Shown: positions 49,704 through 63,350, numbered from the stretch's first letter. The stretch is 64,000 nt of DNA from Podarcis pityusensis (GCA_964106645.2 OZ067042.1), one strand, 5' to 3'. Program-made: numbers and translations. The notes: a model not told the origin generated them from the letters alone.

Positions 49704-52525
49704 CTGGAAGAAAACGTTGAAAGTAAAATATCTGCTGCAATTACTTCCCAGTTCTGCTAGATCCTCCATACTGGATCTCAAGGACACAGTAAAAAAGAAA
49801 ATCCTGCTTCCTGTTATGAGAATATTAAGACAGTATGTGAACACAAACACACAGCTAAAGGGGAAAAGATTGATTTAACAATTCCATACTGAGACAGACA
49901 CACACAGATGTATTACATCTATGTTAAATCTACTGCATAAGATTACACAAAACCATTTTTAGCCCACATTATTCTGAATTTGTTACAAAGACAAATGCTT
50001 ACAAACAAGTACAAAACATATATAAAACACTTAAAATATACAATGAGTTAAAAATCGCCACAGTGGATAAATCTAAAAGCTTGCCAAGTAGGACAGTCTC
50101 ACACTTAACTTGCTTGTCATCAGGATTAAACCTCACTGAACACAGCTGCTGGTTTCACAAAATCAGGAAATAGCGCAGTTATAGGTTTGCTACCAAACCA
50201 CTGGCATTTTCTATATTAGGCACAAAAATATCAAAGTTTTGTATTTAGCTATAGCAGATAACGCTACCCTGATACATTTTTGCAATATCCCAATGAGGAA
50301 GAGTACACTGCACAGACTTCCAAAGGTAAAGACAACTCAAAGACTCAAGTCATGTTTCAACAATACTGCTTTGCACCAACATATTAAGAGTGACAAACCA
50401 GATTAAGAGCAGAAGTAATTTGTGTACAGTATGGTCTAATATCTATTATGGATATATACATATAGCAGTTAAAAATATGAAATCATCAACATCGCCCAAG
50501 TAAATTGTTCACAAAGCAACATTTCTTACTGAAGAATTCTATCATAAGTAAAATACAAAAGTACAACAATATTCAGCATGTTAAAGCAAAATAATAATTA
50601 TGGGGCAGAATAATGATTCAAAGAACAAAACATTTAATTAAAACCATGCATCTCTTTTTGAAGAAAAATCAGAATGTTCTTTTAATAATGTGAAACAAGT
50701 GACTCTTTGCACAATGATTTCTGACATGCAAACCAATACTATTTATTCAGAAGTTAAGTTTCACTGGGTTCAATCAGACTTACTCCCAGTAATGTATGCG
50801 GCCTCAATATATGTTAAAACTCACTGGACAATGTTGCATTTTCATATACATCTTATCTAAAGGCTATTATTGTAGAGACCCATCACAAGCAGAAACAACA
50901 TAATCAGAAAAGGCTGAGACCTCATTTTTAAAACCTTTTCAATACAAAACTCATCAGAAGATAAAGAAGTTTGGGGGGGGGATGACTGCATTTTACTTAA
51001 TATAGGAATTATCATTTCAAGATACATAACCACCCAAGTTTCTATCTATAAACTCTCTTACAAAACTAAGCAGTACTGCAGTTCACATGCTTCCTCAAAA
51101 ATCAAAATGGGACCATGAAATTAGCTAGCAATTATATTAAGTGTAAAAACCTAACTTACTTGGTTTTATCTTAAATTTCATTTTCAGTGCTGTAAACTGT
51201 TAAGTGTGCTTCAACTTTAACAGGTAATTTGACTTCAGAACCAAGCAATTTCACCAAAGTAAGTTTTTAACTGGTCTATACAAATATCCCCAGCTCATAA
51301 TGCTCAGCCTTCCTTATGAATTGAGCAGCATTACACTGAGAAATTATCAGGCTTATGAGCATATTTAGCTCATAAGCAGCTCTGGAACATATATTTTCTG
51401 TCTGAACGTTCAGCTGCTTTGGGAAAACTACACACCACATTCCAGACACGACAGAAAACGGAGGCTTTGCATAAAGGCACCCTGGTTGTTGCTAACATTA
51501 CAAGTAAGTTTATACTATAGGGATGGTGAGTCGAGGCTCACAGATTAGAAAGGTGTGCTTAGGTCCTCTTGAGATCCCAGTGACATTGAATCAAGAGTGC
51601 AACAGAGTTTCCAAATTGGGGTATGTGAGAGCTATTACCTGATGGGGGGAATATTATTAGCAATGTTAGCAAATCACAATTTCAAATTGAGTAATTCATC
51701 ATCACTAGATACAAAGGGAGACCTCTGCGGGTGATCAGTTGTACTGCACTGGAAATGATTTAATGATTCAAGCACAGCCAATGCAGAGATGCAACAGTAT
51801 TATCTGGCCTAGAGGTCTGGTGGGAAGGAGGCAAGACCTGAAGCGTAGTTTATGCAGAACCGCAGTGGTGATTATGGGTTCACAGGAATGCTAAAGATAT
51901 TTATTTTATTACTTGTTGCATATTAACTGTTCTCAAAGCTCCCAAGCTGAGACAGACCAAAACAAAGATGAATTATTTTGTGTGCTAAAGAATGTTTTTG
52001 TTTTTTTTTAAATCAAAAGCTTTAATGTGCAGTTCCAAAATTGTTCTGGACATTTGAAGGGAGAGGAGAATGAAGCCCTGTTCATTTATTTCCCTCCATA
52101 TGACTGTATGTGGAGCTGGATCCACTGGCCTCATTGATATTGCCCAACGTGCAGAGACAGCAGGGGATAAAACAACAGTGGGAGGCTAGAGCAGGGTTTC
52201 CCAAACTTGGGTCTCCAGCTGTTTTTGGACTACAATTCCCACCATTTCGGATCACTTTTGCTTTTTTAGGATGCAGCTTGAAGTGCTGCAAAGGCTCAAG
52301 AAGTGATTCTTCCACAGAATATGGTAGGACACAAAATGCATGTGTACAGTAAGGGAATTATGGCTCTACAATACTAATTCCTGCTATCATACCAGTTTCT
52401 GTCAAATACAACAGTCCCACATTCTACTTTTTGGACAAATCTTATTAAAAAAAAAACCTTCCTCAAAAATGAGATGCTCCTAGGACACAAAAAAATTACT
52501 TTAGGGGTTAAATAAGGATAGTAGA

Positions 52526-52880
52526 GAGGGACGCGGGTGGCGCTGTGGGTTAAACCACAGAGACTAGGACTTGCTGATCAGAAGGTCAGCGGTTCGAATC
52601 CACGTGACGCGGTGAGCTCCCGTTGCTCGGTCCCTGCTCCTGCCAACCTAGCAGTTCGAAAGCACGTCAAAGTGCAAGTAGATAAATAGGTACTGCTCCA
52701 GAGGGAAGGTAAACAGCGTTTCCGTGCACTGCTCTGGTTCGCCAGAAGCAGTTTAGTCATGCTGGCCACATGACCCGGAAGCTGTACGCCGGCTCCTTTG
52801 GCCAATAAAGCGAGATGAGCGCCGCAACCCCAGAGTCGGTCACGACTGGACCTAATGGTCAGAGGTCCTTTACCTTTACC
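52526..52880 (+). mobile_element. Full-length Sauria SINE
   Basis: A and B boxes, (ACCTTT)n tail, and a perfect 13-bp TSD TAAGGATAGTAGA. Confidence 0.95.
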
Positions 52881-53182
52881 TAAGGATAGTAGAATGGTAC
52901 CAAAGTTGTATAAAAGTGGACTTGTCCAGGTCAAACAAGGCACTCATCAGGATCATAAAGCTGAGGGACTGCTCCACTGAATAGACTGAAAGCTACTTCC
53001 CTTTGAGGAATGAATTAATCAAACAAACAAACACCCATGGCTTGGATATAGCCATACATGTGTGGAAGCATGTTTCAGTGCTTATATTCCCTGTGCTGTG
53101 AAGCTCTATCACCAGAGATATGTTTGGTGTAGGAGTGTGGTGAAGGAGGAGAGTCATTAACAGCTCTTGGATTACGTTTAAA

Positions 53183-53275
53183 ACACTCTTGTGGCACTTT
53201 AACAGTAACAAATTGAGATGCTACAAGACTTTGTTGCTTGTGCTGCAACAGATTAACATGGTTGCTCCTCTGGAA
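53183..53275. mobile_element. Penelope-like terminal remnant with inverted arms
   Basis: CTCTTGTGGCACTTT.. is the inverse of ..GATGCTACAAGAC, followed by TGCTGCAACAGATTAACATGG..CTCTGGA, a typical reptile Penelope end. Confidence 0.55.
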
Positions 53276-53465
53276 TGTGGACAATACTTTTCAGCCAGCA
53301 GAAAACCTGTGCACACTGTTGCACATCCATAATGCTGGATTGCAGCAATAAGTGGGAACCGACAATCTCAGTTATTCCACTATAGCAGCCCCAAGAATGA
53401 TAAAATGTTTTCTTGAATGACTCTGCTTAGAAAGATAAATTTTAAAGACAAAAATGCTTGCATAC

Positions 53466-53548
53466 CTGAAAAATTCAAAGTTGAGACAAGCTTTGGGTAG
53501 GAAAAATTTGTCATCTTGCTTGAACCATAGCTTGCACATAGCAGTGTC
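53466..53548 (-). CDS. IDE: IDE exon 14
   Basis: Encodes [27 protein letters not shown](S); 83 nt; ends in phase 2. Confidence 0.98.
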
Positions 53549-54241
53549 CTGAGTTTAAGAAAACATACATTTTCTATTGTTATTATTAATTATTATTAAA
53601 TTACAAACTGTGTATTTTTATCATTTAAATCTGTTTAAAGAATATAAACATACAGAGCCCAGGCCATCTGAGTTTGGGTGGAGTCCCACAGGGTTTAACA
53701 GAGCCCAAATTTCTCAACCCCACCCCAATTACACACAGTGATGCAGACCTATTCCCTACAATGTTCCCTCGTGCTGTCTAAACACATGCCTATATGCTAA
53801 CATTTCTGAGATGAAGGGACGACCTCTAAGCCCTGTGGGACTTTTGCAGGTATGAACACTAAATCCATACGCCATTTGTTTGCACCACTGTCAGGTAAGT
53901 CTGGAAAGAAGAGACAGCTATGGCAGGGTATGGGCTTACCTGATATTGGGATGAGCCATTAGGAGTTCATCTCCAAACTCTGCAATTTGAACTCACTTCC
54001 ACCACTATGTAAACTTAAAGGTTTATATATTTTGAACACGGGGCAAAAAGCCAACTGGACAGGAGCTAGTCACCTCTTAAAATAAAGATCCAATTTTCAT
54101 TCATTTTTACAATCTAGTCTTACAATACTGTTCATATTATAAGCAGCCTACTCAATGACCTTAATCTTTCAAAAGCAATTCAGGAAAGAATGGTACATAT
54201 TCCCAAAATTCCACCCACAACTATTAAATACATATGCTTAC

Positions 54242-54364
54242 CTTGATAAGAGTAGGGTACTGTGGTGCATCCTTCTCTAAAGGTACAATTTCAAAGTTAG
54301 TAGGGATAAATTCATTCTTCATTGGCAGCTTGAATTTCCCATTGAGGTCAGCATTTTGCCATTT
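54242..54364 (-). CDS. IDE: IDE exon 13
   Basis: Encodes [41 protein letters not shown]; 123 nt. Confidence 0.97.
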
Positions 54365-55042
54365 CTACATTCAATGTGCAAACAAGAGGATAGTTTTGTT
54401 ATTATCCAGTGGGTGGGCTAAAAAAAATTGTGCTGCAATTGTGCTGCTCTGTGAAGGATTATCGACCTCTGATGAATCATGCTTCTTCAAAATTCATGAC
54501 AAAATTAATTATTACTAATGTTTCAAATTATTTAATCTGTACGATTCCTTGCAGTTCACATAATACCATTTAAGTTTGCTTTTAACTATGTTCCATAACC
54601 ACTTAGAACATAGTGCTGACTGAGGGCTAGAGTGCATGTTCTAACCACCGTGTAGAACTACTAAGAAATGCTTTCTGCAATATGTATCCCCATGTGAGCA
54701 GCTGGTTTTCACTCTTAGCAATATGTGAAAATATTATACAAATCCTCCAAACACAGCTGCGTGTGTGATCATAGCTGTATGTTCAGCTAGGTGCTCTGAA
54801 CATAGTTTCTCTCTCGCTAAAGCTTATCAATCAGGATTTGGGGGGGGGGGGTTAAGGGTCCAACATGTATAATATTGGCTGCACCACAAAGTGATGTTCA
54901 AGGATTTGGTTCACATTTTGAAGTGAAATCTATTTTTCCCCCATAACACCAGTTAAAATTAACTGACACCAATGTGATACACTTATACAAGCAACAGTAT
55001 TAGTTGCTTTTGTAAACAACACAAAATAAACTTTATTGTAAG

Positions 55043-55405
55043 CAGTGGCGGAGCAAGCTGATCGGGCGCCTGGGGCGGTACGCGTGCCCTGCACCCAGGG
55101 GCAAGGTCAGCTGCCCGTGGGGGCGGGCCAGCCACCCGCAGAGGTGGGGCGATCCAGGGCAGGACGCTCTGTGGGGCCTCCAAGGAGTCTGCCTGCCTCC
55201 TCCCACTCAGCCGCCCTACAGCTGAGGGGGAGACGGCGGGCTGACCATTTGGGGTAGTGTGGAGCCTGCGGGCGCTCTCCCAGGAGAGACGCATGCCTCG
55301 GGTGTGCTGCAGGCCCCGCGGTGAGTGCCGCCCAGCATTTTGTCACCCCGTTCAATGGTGACACCCGGGACGGACCGCCCCCACCGCCCCCCTTCCTCCA
55401 CCCCA
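55043..55405. mobile_element. GC/CpG-rich hAT-type insertion
   Basis: Perfect 8-bp TSD ATTGTAAG (55035-55042, 55406-55413). The left end is CAGTGGCGGAG and the right end is degenerate. Composition contrasts sharply with the AT-rich intron. Confidence 0.85.
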
Positions 55406-55467
55406 ATTGTAAGAAGTGTGAAAATACTGGTTACATATTCAGTTTACCACCAACTTTCTCACCACAC

Positions 55468-55570
55468 CTTAATGACTTCATCAGAAATTGCCTCTTGCTT
55501 GTACTGGGTTCCATACCATTTTTCTGTTCTATCAGTTTTTCCTTCAAAAGACTTAGAAACTATTGCAACC
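55468..55570 (-). CDS. IDE: IDE exon 12
   Basis: Encodes [34 protein letters not shown]; 103 nt. Confidence 0.98.
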
Positions 55571-57783
55571 CTAAAAAATAAAACCAAAACATAGTAAGTA
55601 AGCAAGCAAGCAAGCATATTACCTCCCCCGCCCCCCCCCAAATGCTATTCAAATAATTCTGCTTGGTCACTAAGTTCAAAGATTCTGTTACTAATACTGT
55701 AAATTATATATGTCCTATTCTATTTTTGCATTTAATCCTCCTGTCAGTAAAACAAAAAGCAACATTTATCCATATCAAAATGGCTATGTTAAATGACCCC
55801 TTGTTATTTTTAAAAATATATGTATTATATTTTGCCATAAAAGATATAATATATATATATATACGCACAGGGAGAGAGAGATATATTATACACTGAACTT
55901 GCATATAAGAGGATATATTTTACAGGATTTAATATATTAAGCTCAGTTTGCTTTTTGCAGCTATGCAAAATTTCACTAAAAATTTCACTAAAATAAAAGA
56001 TTTCTAGCTCTCATGACAAGTATTTTAAAAAAGACGTTAACAGAATATTTGAAAAAATTCCCAGCAATTAAGAGCATATATAACACACCTAAGGTGCTCC
56101 TAAATTCATTTTCTACCATTTCTAAACAGAAATTTGAAGCAAAGGAAAAGACCATACAAATGTCATCCATGGGTGACAACGTACTTTTGTAATCCTGCTC
56201 TCTGCAACATTTTAACAACTGTTTCTAATTACCGGTAGTTTTAACAGTTTTCCAGGTTTCAAATGGTCTAGAATTTTAAAGAAATGCTTTGGGGGGGGGG
56301 TAAGTAAGGAGAAATAATGCAGAATAGCAAGAGTAATTAGCATCTCTCTGGCCAATTATATGCGAGAGAAAACATTTACTAACAACCCTGTTCTAGCACC
56401 TCAGAGCCAACTCATAGTTAATTAGAGGACTATAGGACAGTTGGATATATGGAACACTTAATCAATCTGAACATTTAGTACAAACAAAACCTTAAAAACA
56501 AAGGATAGGGCTGAATCAGAGACAGAAATAACTAGCAATTTTTCATTTTAACCTTGTCCTTGGCTGCCAAATAATATTTCAAGATGGAAGATTCTGTGCT
56601 GTAAATGAAGCACCCCACTCAGCCTTCTTTCACACTATGTATGAATACAAGGCACAATGCAATGGTATGAGGGAAGCTTTATTTCCCTTTGAAATTAGTT
56701 ACTATGGTAACAATTCTGTCACTGGCAATGAGCGAACACTGCTTATCTCAGTGTTTCTAGCATACACTGGCAGAGAACCACGGCTTCAGCAAAAAAATAA
56801 AAGTCAATTATGTACACCAAGTATGAAAGTCTATCGTATTGAAAACAGCAGGAAGAGTTTACCTGCCACTAATAAAAACCTCTGTTGCCAGTGGACAACT
56901 GTGTTTCCACTCCGCTGCAACAACCTTGTTTTACAAATCATATGACAAATACAGAGCAAGTCAATGCATTATTATGAATTAAGCAGCAGTCATGGGTGCC
57001 TGCTAACATGGTCCCTGTATGTGGACCAAGTGCAAAATTGGGGTGAGCATACAATCACAGGTAAAAACCATGATGAACCACTGTGATTCTCAAGAAGAGC
57101 TGCACAAAGAAGAGTGTGTTTTCCTTAAGTAGAAGCATTGGGCTCAGTCCAGTTAATCCTACAAGCACAAGTTCAGTCCCTATTCTGCAGCAACCATCGT
57201 CTTTACAGTTTCCCAAATAATCAGTTTGTGTCATCTACACCCCTCACCCTGCCACAACTAGAATCAGATACCTAATTCAAATCACATTTTCAGATTCTGA
57301 TTTCAAGGGCAAGCACTGACCAGTTTGCCAATGTGGCAAACTACAGTTACAATAAATAGAAAACAGAAAGAAAAGCATCACGCTAGAGGGGAAGAGCATG
57401 CCTGCTGTTCCTTTCGTTGCTTCACCTATTGAGCCCTAGTGTGAAAGCATCCAGAAGAGTCAGTGACATGGGTGTGAAGTTTCAATGAAGTCTAGCAACA
57501 TCGTATGATAATTCAAAAGAACTGCACATTAGTTACGTAAATATGACAAAGGGTTCTATCAGTTCTTAAAATTATTATGCAGTGTTCTTCCCTCCTTCCA
57601 TGCTGTGCTAAATATTTTTCTTTGTATAGAATAGGAAAACTTAAATATTTCATTCAAGGAGTTTTGCACGTGTAAAGTTATTTTGGATTTAAAAGTACAA
57701 TCTACAATCCATCAGCAGTTTTAACCTGCAAAATATTTGCAACTCAATCTGTACAAAATATTGGATGTGGCAATATGGCTTAC

Positions 57784-57887
57784 CGGACATTTTCAGGTCT
57801 TAACTTATCCAATACCATTTCTATTAAATCAGGCCTAAATTCTTCAAGTAAATATTCTGCAGCAAGAACTTCTTCTATAGGATAGTA
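57784..57887 (-). CDS. IDE: IDE exon 11
   Basis: Encodes [34 protein letters not shown](R); 104 nt. Confidence 0.98.
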
Positions 57888-58914
57888 CTACAATAAAAAT
57901 GTGATATTTTTAGTTTAAACCGAAGACATTATGCATAATACTAAAGTGATATAGTTACTAAGATAGTTGGCTATCACTCTAAGTAACACTTGGAGTAGAC
58001 TCACTGAAATCAATAGATCTTCTCAGAGTTATGACTAATGTTAGATGTCACCCATAGTACAGAAAGAATCACTGTCACTTAGGTACACAGCTAATAAAAT
58101 AAAAGCTACCCGCACTACATTGTTGATATTATAAGGGATAAAAAGAAGCAAATGCTGACCCCTGGAGGATGTTTTCAAAGTGAATGGAAGCAACATAAAC
58201 ATGTTCATGTAGCAGTATCTAAAAAAACCCCTACTTTCACAAATTCTAACAGAAAGCTATCTTCTCCGCCCCCCCCCCAGCAAAAAGCAAAGAATTCAGT
58301 ACTTATGAATTCATTCTGGAAATAAAAAAGAGTGTAGAAGCAAAGATGTCTCCAAGGTTGTTTTGCAAACTGGAACCTTTGGTGAGTCTGCCTTCGATCT
58401 AAGTCACCAAGGCTCTTTAGATGTGAAGACACTAAAGCCTAACAGGTCTACAGATAAATAAGACAATACCATATGTTTAGGACCAGGCCCTAAGAACACC
58501 TGGTACAGGAAAGATCATTTAACCAGTAAGCATGCTTGTGCATTGTAAAAGTCATACTGATTAATCAATATACAGGTAATCAGTTCAGTTATGCTTGGAA
58601 GGAAACAGTGCAAATTATTCAGCTATATCCAGCACCAGTCAGGGTCCCAGTCCACACTTGGTAACTAGTCTTTCCATGGAGATATTAAGTGAGGAGACAA
58701 CTAGCTGTCACTACCACTTTATAGTGTAATTGTGTGCCATATCAACATCTTTTGGCCTGCAATACTCATCTTAGACAAAGTAATTTATCACTATACATGC
58801 AAAAAAAATTTGTGCTTTACCCCAACCTAATGACATTGATGCCCAACTTTTGACACATTTCAGAAATGTTAAGAAATATTTCAGCATTAAATTCAGTCAA
58901 ATTTCGTAACTTAC

Positions 58915-58995
58915 GTGAAGAATCCCTGCAACTTTTGACGTATAACCCCGGGGTCTTTCCTTATCTTTAAACCTGAAGGCTACAGCATTTAAATC
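58915..58995 (-). CDS. IDE: IDE exon 10
   Basis: Encodes [27 protein letters not shown]; 81 nt. Confidence 0.98.
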
Positions 58996-59567
58996 CTAAA
59001 ACAAGAAATAAAATTAAGTTATTCTGCAATGCCACTCTTCATATTGTAAACGATCGGTAAGAATGGTATTTTTAAACGATAATGGGAAATGAAGCTTGGA
59101 CATAAATTTTATTTGTTTTTTGAAGTTAGCAATAAATTGAATAAATGCACTGTGGTTTAATGAATGCAGGCAAACATAAGAGAATAAGTGAAAACCGCTT
59201 TAAGTTATTACAAAGCATTTGGGGCAAAGTAAACAATGTATGTAATAAATTACATTCAAAAGCATTAGAAACTAATTGATTGCATTCAAGAACATTAGGA
59301 ACTTAACTAAGCAGATTTAAAGAAAATGGAAATTATAATAATTTTAATCTTTTATAAAATGAATAAGGTTATGGATTATTAGATATAGCATTATTTTAGG
59401 TCGGGCATGTGTTTGTTTGTTCATAAGTTCATAAATTAATTTTAAAAACAATAAAATTTAACAGACACAATCTATTTCTAATTAAGGTATCTAAAATAAG
59501 AGAAGATCTGGTGTGAATCTCTAAAACTACTTGAAAGAAAACCCCAAATATGTTGCAATTATCATAC

Positions 59568-59659
59568 CTTACATTCTTGGAAAACCCACTCTTGAGGTCC
59601 TTCTGTACGTAGTTTTTGTATATACTGAAACATGTGCAAGATAATATCTTCCACGTGTA
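59568..59659 (-). CDS. IDE: IDE exon 9
   Basis: Encodes (L)[30 protein letters not shown]; 92 nt; AAG acceptor. Confidence 0.97.
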
Positions 59660-59914
59660 CTTTTAAGAAAAAGATAAAATATTGCATGCATAAGCAATTT
59701 CTCAGGGAAACACGAAGTGAACATTTTTAGTTTTCTTATGGCCAAGACTAGACATGCGCAAAAGAGATCTGCGATTAGAATCTCCTGTACGCATGCACAA
59801 GGCTTTTAAAAAACGAATCAGCAGCCCCATGCATACACTTTGAAGACTGGGATGTTTGAAACTGTTTTCTTCTATGCCCTTCCCCAATCTATTTGCTCCA
59901 GCGGGTGAGCCATT

Positions 59915-60005
59915 TAGGGCTGCTATTCTTTCCCCACTTAACTGAGAGTAAGCCCCATTGAATTCAGCAGGACTTACTGCTGAGCAGATATGGTTGGGAC
60001 TGCAT
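59915..60005. mobile_element. Old short palindromic MITE-like repeat
   Basis: The core GTAAGCCCCATTGAATTCAGCAGGACTTAC is near-palindromic. Similar decayed copies lie near 11870-11940, 28030-28270, 46310-46390 and 50730-50800. Confidence 0.5.
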
Positions 60006-61061
60006 TGCTGACCATCGATCTTCTAGTTCAGCCCTTATACTTAAAACTAACAGCTCAGTCTGACAGAGGATAAACTAATACAAAGTTGTACAAACCGAAT
60101 GTATGCAGTAATCACACATTATTTTACTAATGTAAAAGAATACAGAGTATCAAGCAAACAACATGCACATGATACCTTTAGATGTACAAATAATTTCCAG
60201 AGAGATAAACTTGCTGATCAGTTATGAACTTAACAGTGGCCCAATTTGCACGTAACACAAAACCAAACCAAGGCTCAGTGTGAGCAACTAAAGATAGAAG
60301 ATTGTGGCCAATTTGCTCCTCCTCTGATCCTGCTGCTGTTATGCTGCTGTGACCTTAGCATTATGTCCAAACATAATGGCTTAGCTTTATGTCTGAACCC
60401 AGGTTCATGTTTTATTTTCCCTGCACAAACTACGAGTGGCAAAACCATAGAACAAACCTTTGCCACAGCTCATGGCTTGTTTTGAGCAAAATAAAGCATA
60501 AGCCCAGGTTCAGATGTAATGCTAAGGCAAACCATGTAGTAGAAGTAGCACTAGAGGAAAAGCAAAATAGCCACTATCTTATCTCTGAGAACCCACATTT
60601 GCTTCCTTGTGCCAAGCCATAATTTGGCTTAGTTTTATATGCAATTAGGAATCCTCCAACTAGCTTCCTGATAATTTCAACAGAATTAGATGGGCTAAGA
60701 ACTTTCCTCATATTTGGGCGAACACTAGCAGTGTTCAGATGCAGGAAAATAATGTTCAGATCTGTAGAATTAAGAATGAGCACATAGGTCATTTGTTCAA
60801 CCCTCTAAAAAAACCCACCTACAATCTTAAAATTACAAATGTTTTGGCAGTGAGATTGTTCTTAACTCTACATTTTTGCATGTGATGGGGAAGTTAGTTT
60901 GAAGCCAGTTCATTTGTCCCTGACCTAGCTAATATAGTATGGATTTCCATCAGATTATTTCTCACTCTGGGAGATGTAAAAAAAGTCTACTTAGAGTAGC
61001 TCACTTAGATCAATGTGCTCCAAATCCAAACTCAACAGAATAAAAGAAGGGATCCACTTAC

Positions 61062-61154
61062 AAAGTCCTTCTTCTGTGAGGTCAACATTAATGATGAAAA
61101 ACATGAAACCTCTAGCACCTTCTTTTTGTCCTCCAACCAGGGTATTTACCCAGC
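61062..61154 (-). CDS. IDE: IDE exon 8
   Basis: Encodes (G)[30 protein letters not shown]; 93 nt. Confidence 0.98.
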
Positions 61155-61244
61155 CTGTGAAATAGAATATATTTAAAACTCTCACACAATAGTTTATTTT
61201 TTCTTAGTTATGCTGTTCATGTACACACACAAAATTAGGAGGTA

Positions 61245-61445
61245 CAGTGGTACCTCGGGCTAAGAACTTAATTCGTTCCGGAGGTCCGTTCTTAACCTGA
61301 GGTACCACTTTAGCTAATGGGGCCTCCCGCTGCTGCCGCAGCGCGATTTCTGTTCTCATCCTGAAACAAAGTTCTTAACCCGAGGTATTATTTCTGGGTT
61401 AGCAGAGTCTGTAACCTGAAGCGTCTGTAACCCAAGGTACCACTG
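61245..61445 (+). mobile_element. Tigger-type MITE, family A copy 4
   Basis: Same TIRs and interior as 22191-22416; TA TSD. Confidence 0.92.
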
Positions 61446-62034
61446 TATATGTCTTTGGTTAACATCTATGAAATTAAATAAAAACTATTAAAGAACCAAA
61501 TGACAGAAAGACATTGCATGCACACAAAATCTAAGTGCATTGGGGGCAATCCTTTGTAAAGATCTTCTGCAACGAGCATCTTAGAATTCAGCAGATTCCC
61601 AATGCAGCTAGGCTATGTCAGCCCAAGTCCCCATCCCCAGCTCAGTTGGCGATATGCCTGTGCCCCCTTGCCACTCCTGGTGGAGCTGGAGCTGGTGCAG
61701 GCCCCTAAAAGGGGTATTTTGAGGGCAAGGGGGACATATGCTACACATTGGTAAACATGCCCTGAGCATCACAAACAGTCATCCTGTTGATGGAATACTG
61801 GCGAGGGGGGATATACTGCATACAAATCAGATCCCTTATAATCTTTCATATAAGAAGTACTGAGCCATTGATAAGAAAAACCAAAAAGAGCATCAGTAAT
61901 ATAATGCGAGATTGTTTGAAATATCATTACAACTGAAACTTAGATTTTGTTTACTTCACTCCTACTTTTCAGGGGCTGAGCTGTAGGGAAGCAATTGCCC
62001 CAAGGCTTCAATGTCAACTCACTGCGCACCTTAC

Positions 62035-62197
62035 CTTTAGCTTTGAGTTCTGATAAAAGACTTCCTGGACCTTCATGACCAATAAGATGGCCAAGATAAT
62101 GGCCAGGGTTTGATTTATAGTACTTCTGAAGATCTGGTATTGGAAACGTGACGTAAAGATTTCTAATGTCTTTGATAGGTACCACTTGGTAAAGTTG
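62035..62197 (-). CDS. IDE: IDE exon 7
   Basis: Encodes [54 protein letters not shown]; 163 nt. Confidence 0.98.
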
Positions 62198-62568
62198 CTG
62201 TGAAACGAACAAAAAAGCAAAATAAATCTGATTTAAACTGAATCCAGTATTTTGCCTTTACAAGGCTACTGTTCTTCTCAAATCCACCACCCACAGTTCA
62301 TTCCACATATGACCATTTCATGCTTAGGCCATAACATAAAATTAATATTGCTCAACTGCATTTTCTAGCAGAACAATTAGTGAAGTTTCAGGAAGGGGCC
62401 AATTACACCTACACCCAAACCTTTTCCAGCCAACATACATTTGTCTTGCTGTACAAGTAATTCTGATGTGTTATGACGCTACTCAACTTATCACAGTAGT
62501 TTTCTAGTCTTGCTTAAATACACAACATAAAACTTATTTTAAAAGAAGGCACAATGCAATAAACCCAC

Positions 62569-62681
62569 CCTGAGATGTTCTTCCTGGAAAGGATGTTCAG
62601 GGAATTCTGGTAATGGAACGTTTTTGTTCTCTACTTCAGAAAACAGCTTCACTACCAAACTTGTTAGCTCATCTAAAGATT
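62569..62681 (-). CDS. IDE: IDE exon 6
   Basis: Encodes (E)[37 protein letters not shown]; 113 nt. Confidence 0.98.
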
Positions 62682-63314
62682 CTGTATGCATATATTTGAG
62701 AGGAAAATAAAGTTACACATGGTCAAAAGTTTCAGATGTTATCCTTGATTGCTCCTTTTAGAGAAATGCTTGATAAGCATCTTCTTGAGAAAAGTCGGTA
62801 TCTAAAATCTGAATGCATTTTACACATTCTTCAATATAAAAATTCTGTGCCCAAAATAAAACCTGTCTGTGTACTGTTGATGCAGCACAGTGTATTCTGT
62901 GTACAGTAAGTATCTTCCTAAGGAATTAAAACTATGGAGTCTAGACTGGGAGGCAGAAAGCAGTGAGAATAAGAAAGATATGGAGATTGGAGCATGCTAG
63001 GAAATGAATGTCACTGAAGCCTGCCCTCCATGTTCTGAGTTCCGGAACATCACTGCATGTTTATATTTTAAAATTCATCTATAAGAAAATACTAGGTCTA
63101 GAAACATATACATTATATAAAAACAGACATTTTCAGAATGACAAATTCTACAGCAGACACACAATCTTTTTTTTCTACTACAAATCTGCAGAGTACATAC
63201 ATCCCTTCCTATATTTTTTTTTAAATCATCCTACAAATTAATAAGTGTAGATATTAGAAATGCTACAGATTTAAGGTAGACCTGTGGTTTAGGATTTGGA
63301 GAGTGGTTGCATTC

Positions 63315-63317
<3 letters not shown>

Positions 63318-63346
<29 letters not shown>
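63318..63346. repeat. (AC)n microsatellite
   Basis: Read directly from the sequence. Confidence 0.95.

Positions 63347-63350
<4 letters not shown>

Noticed and set aside
48795-49878. ORFs containing X runs
   Set aside because: They are artefacts of translating through N-gaps.
47006-53465. Apparent loss of IDE exon 15 (pseudogenisation)
   Set aside because: The 5' end of exon 15a is visible at 49703-49687, running into an N-gap, and all other exons are intact and in frame.
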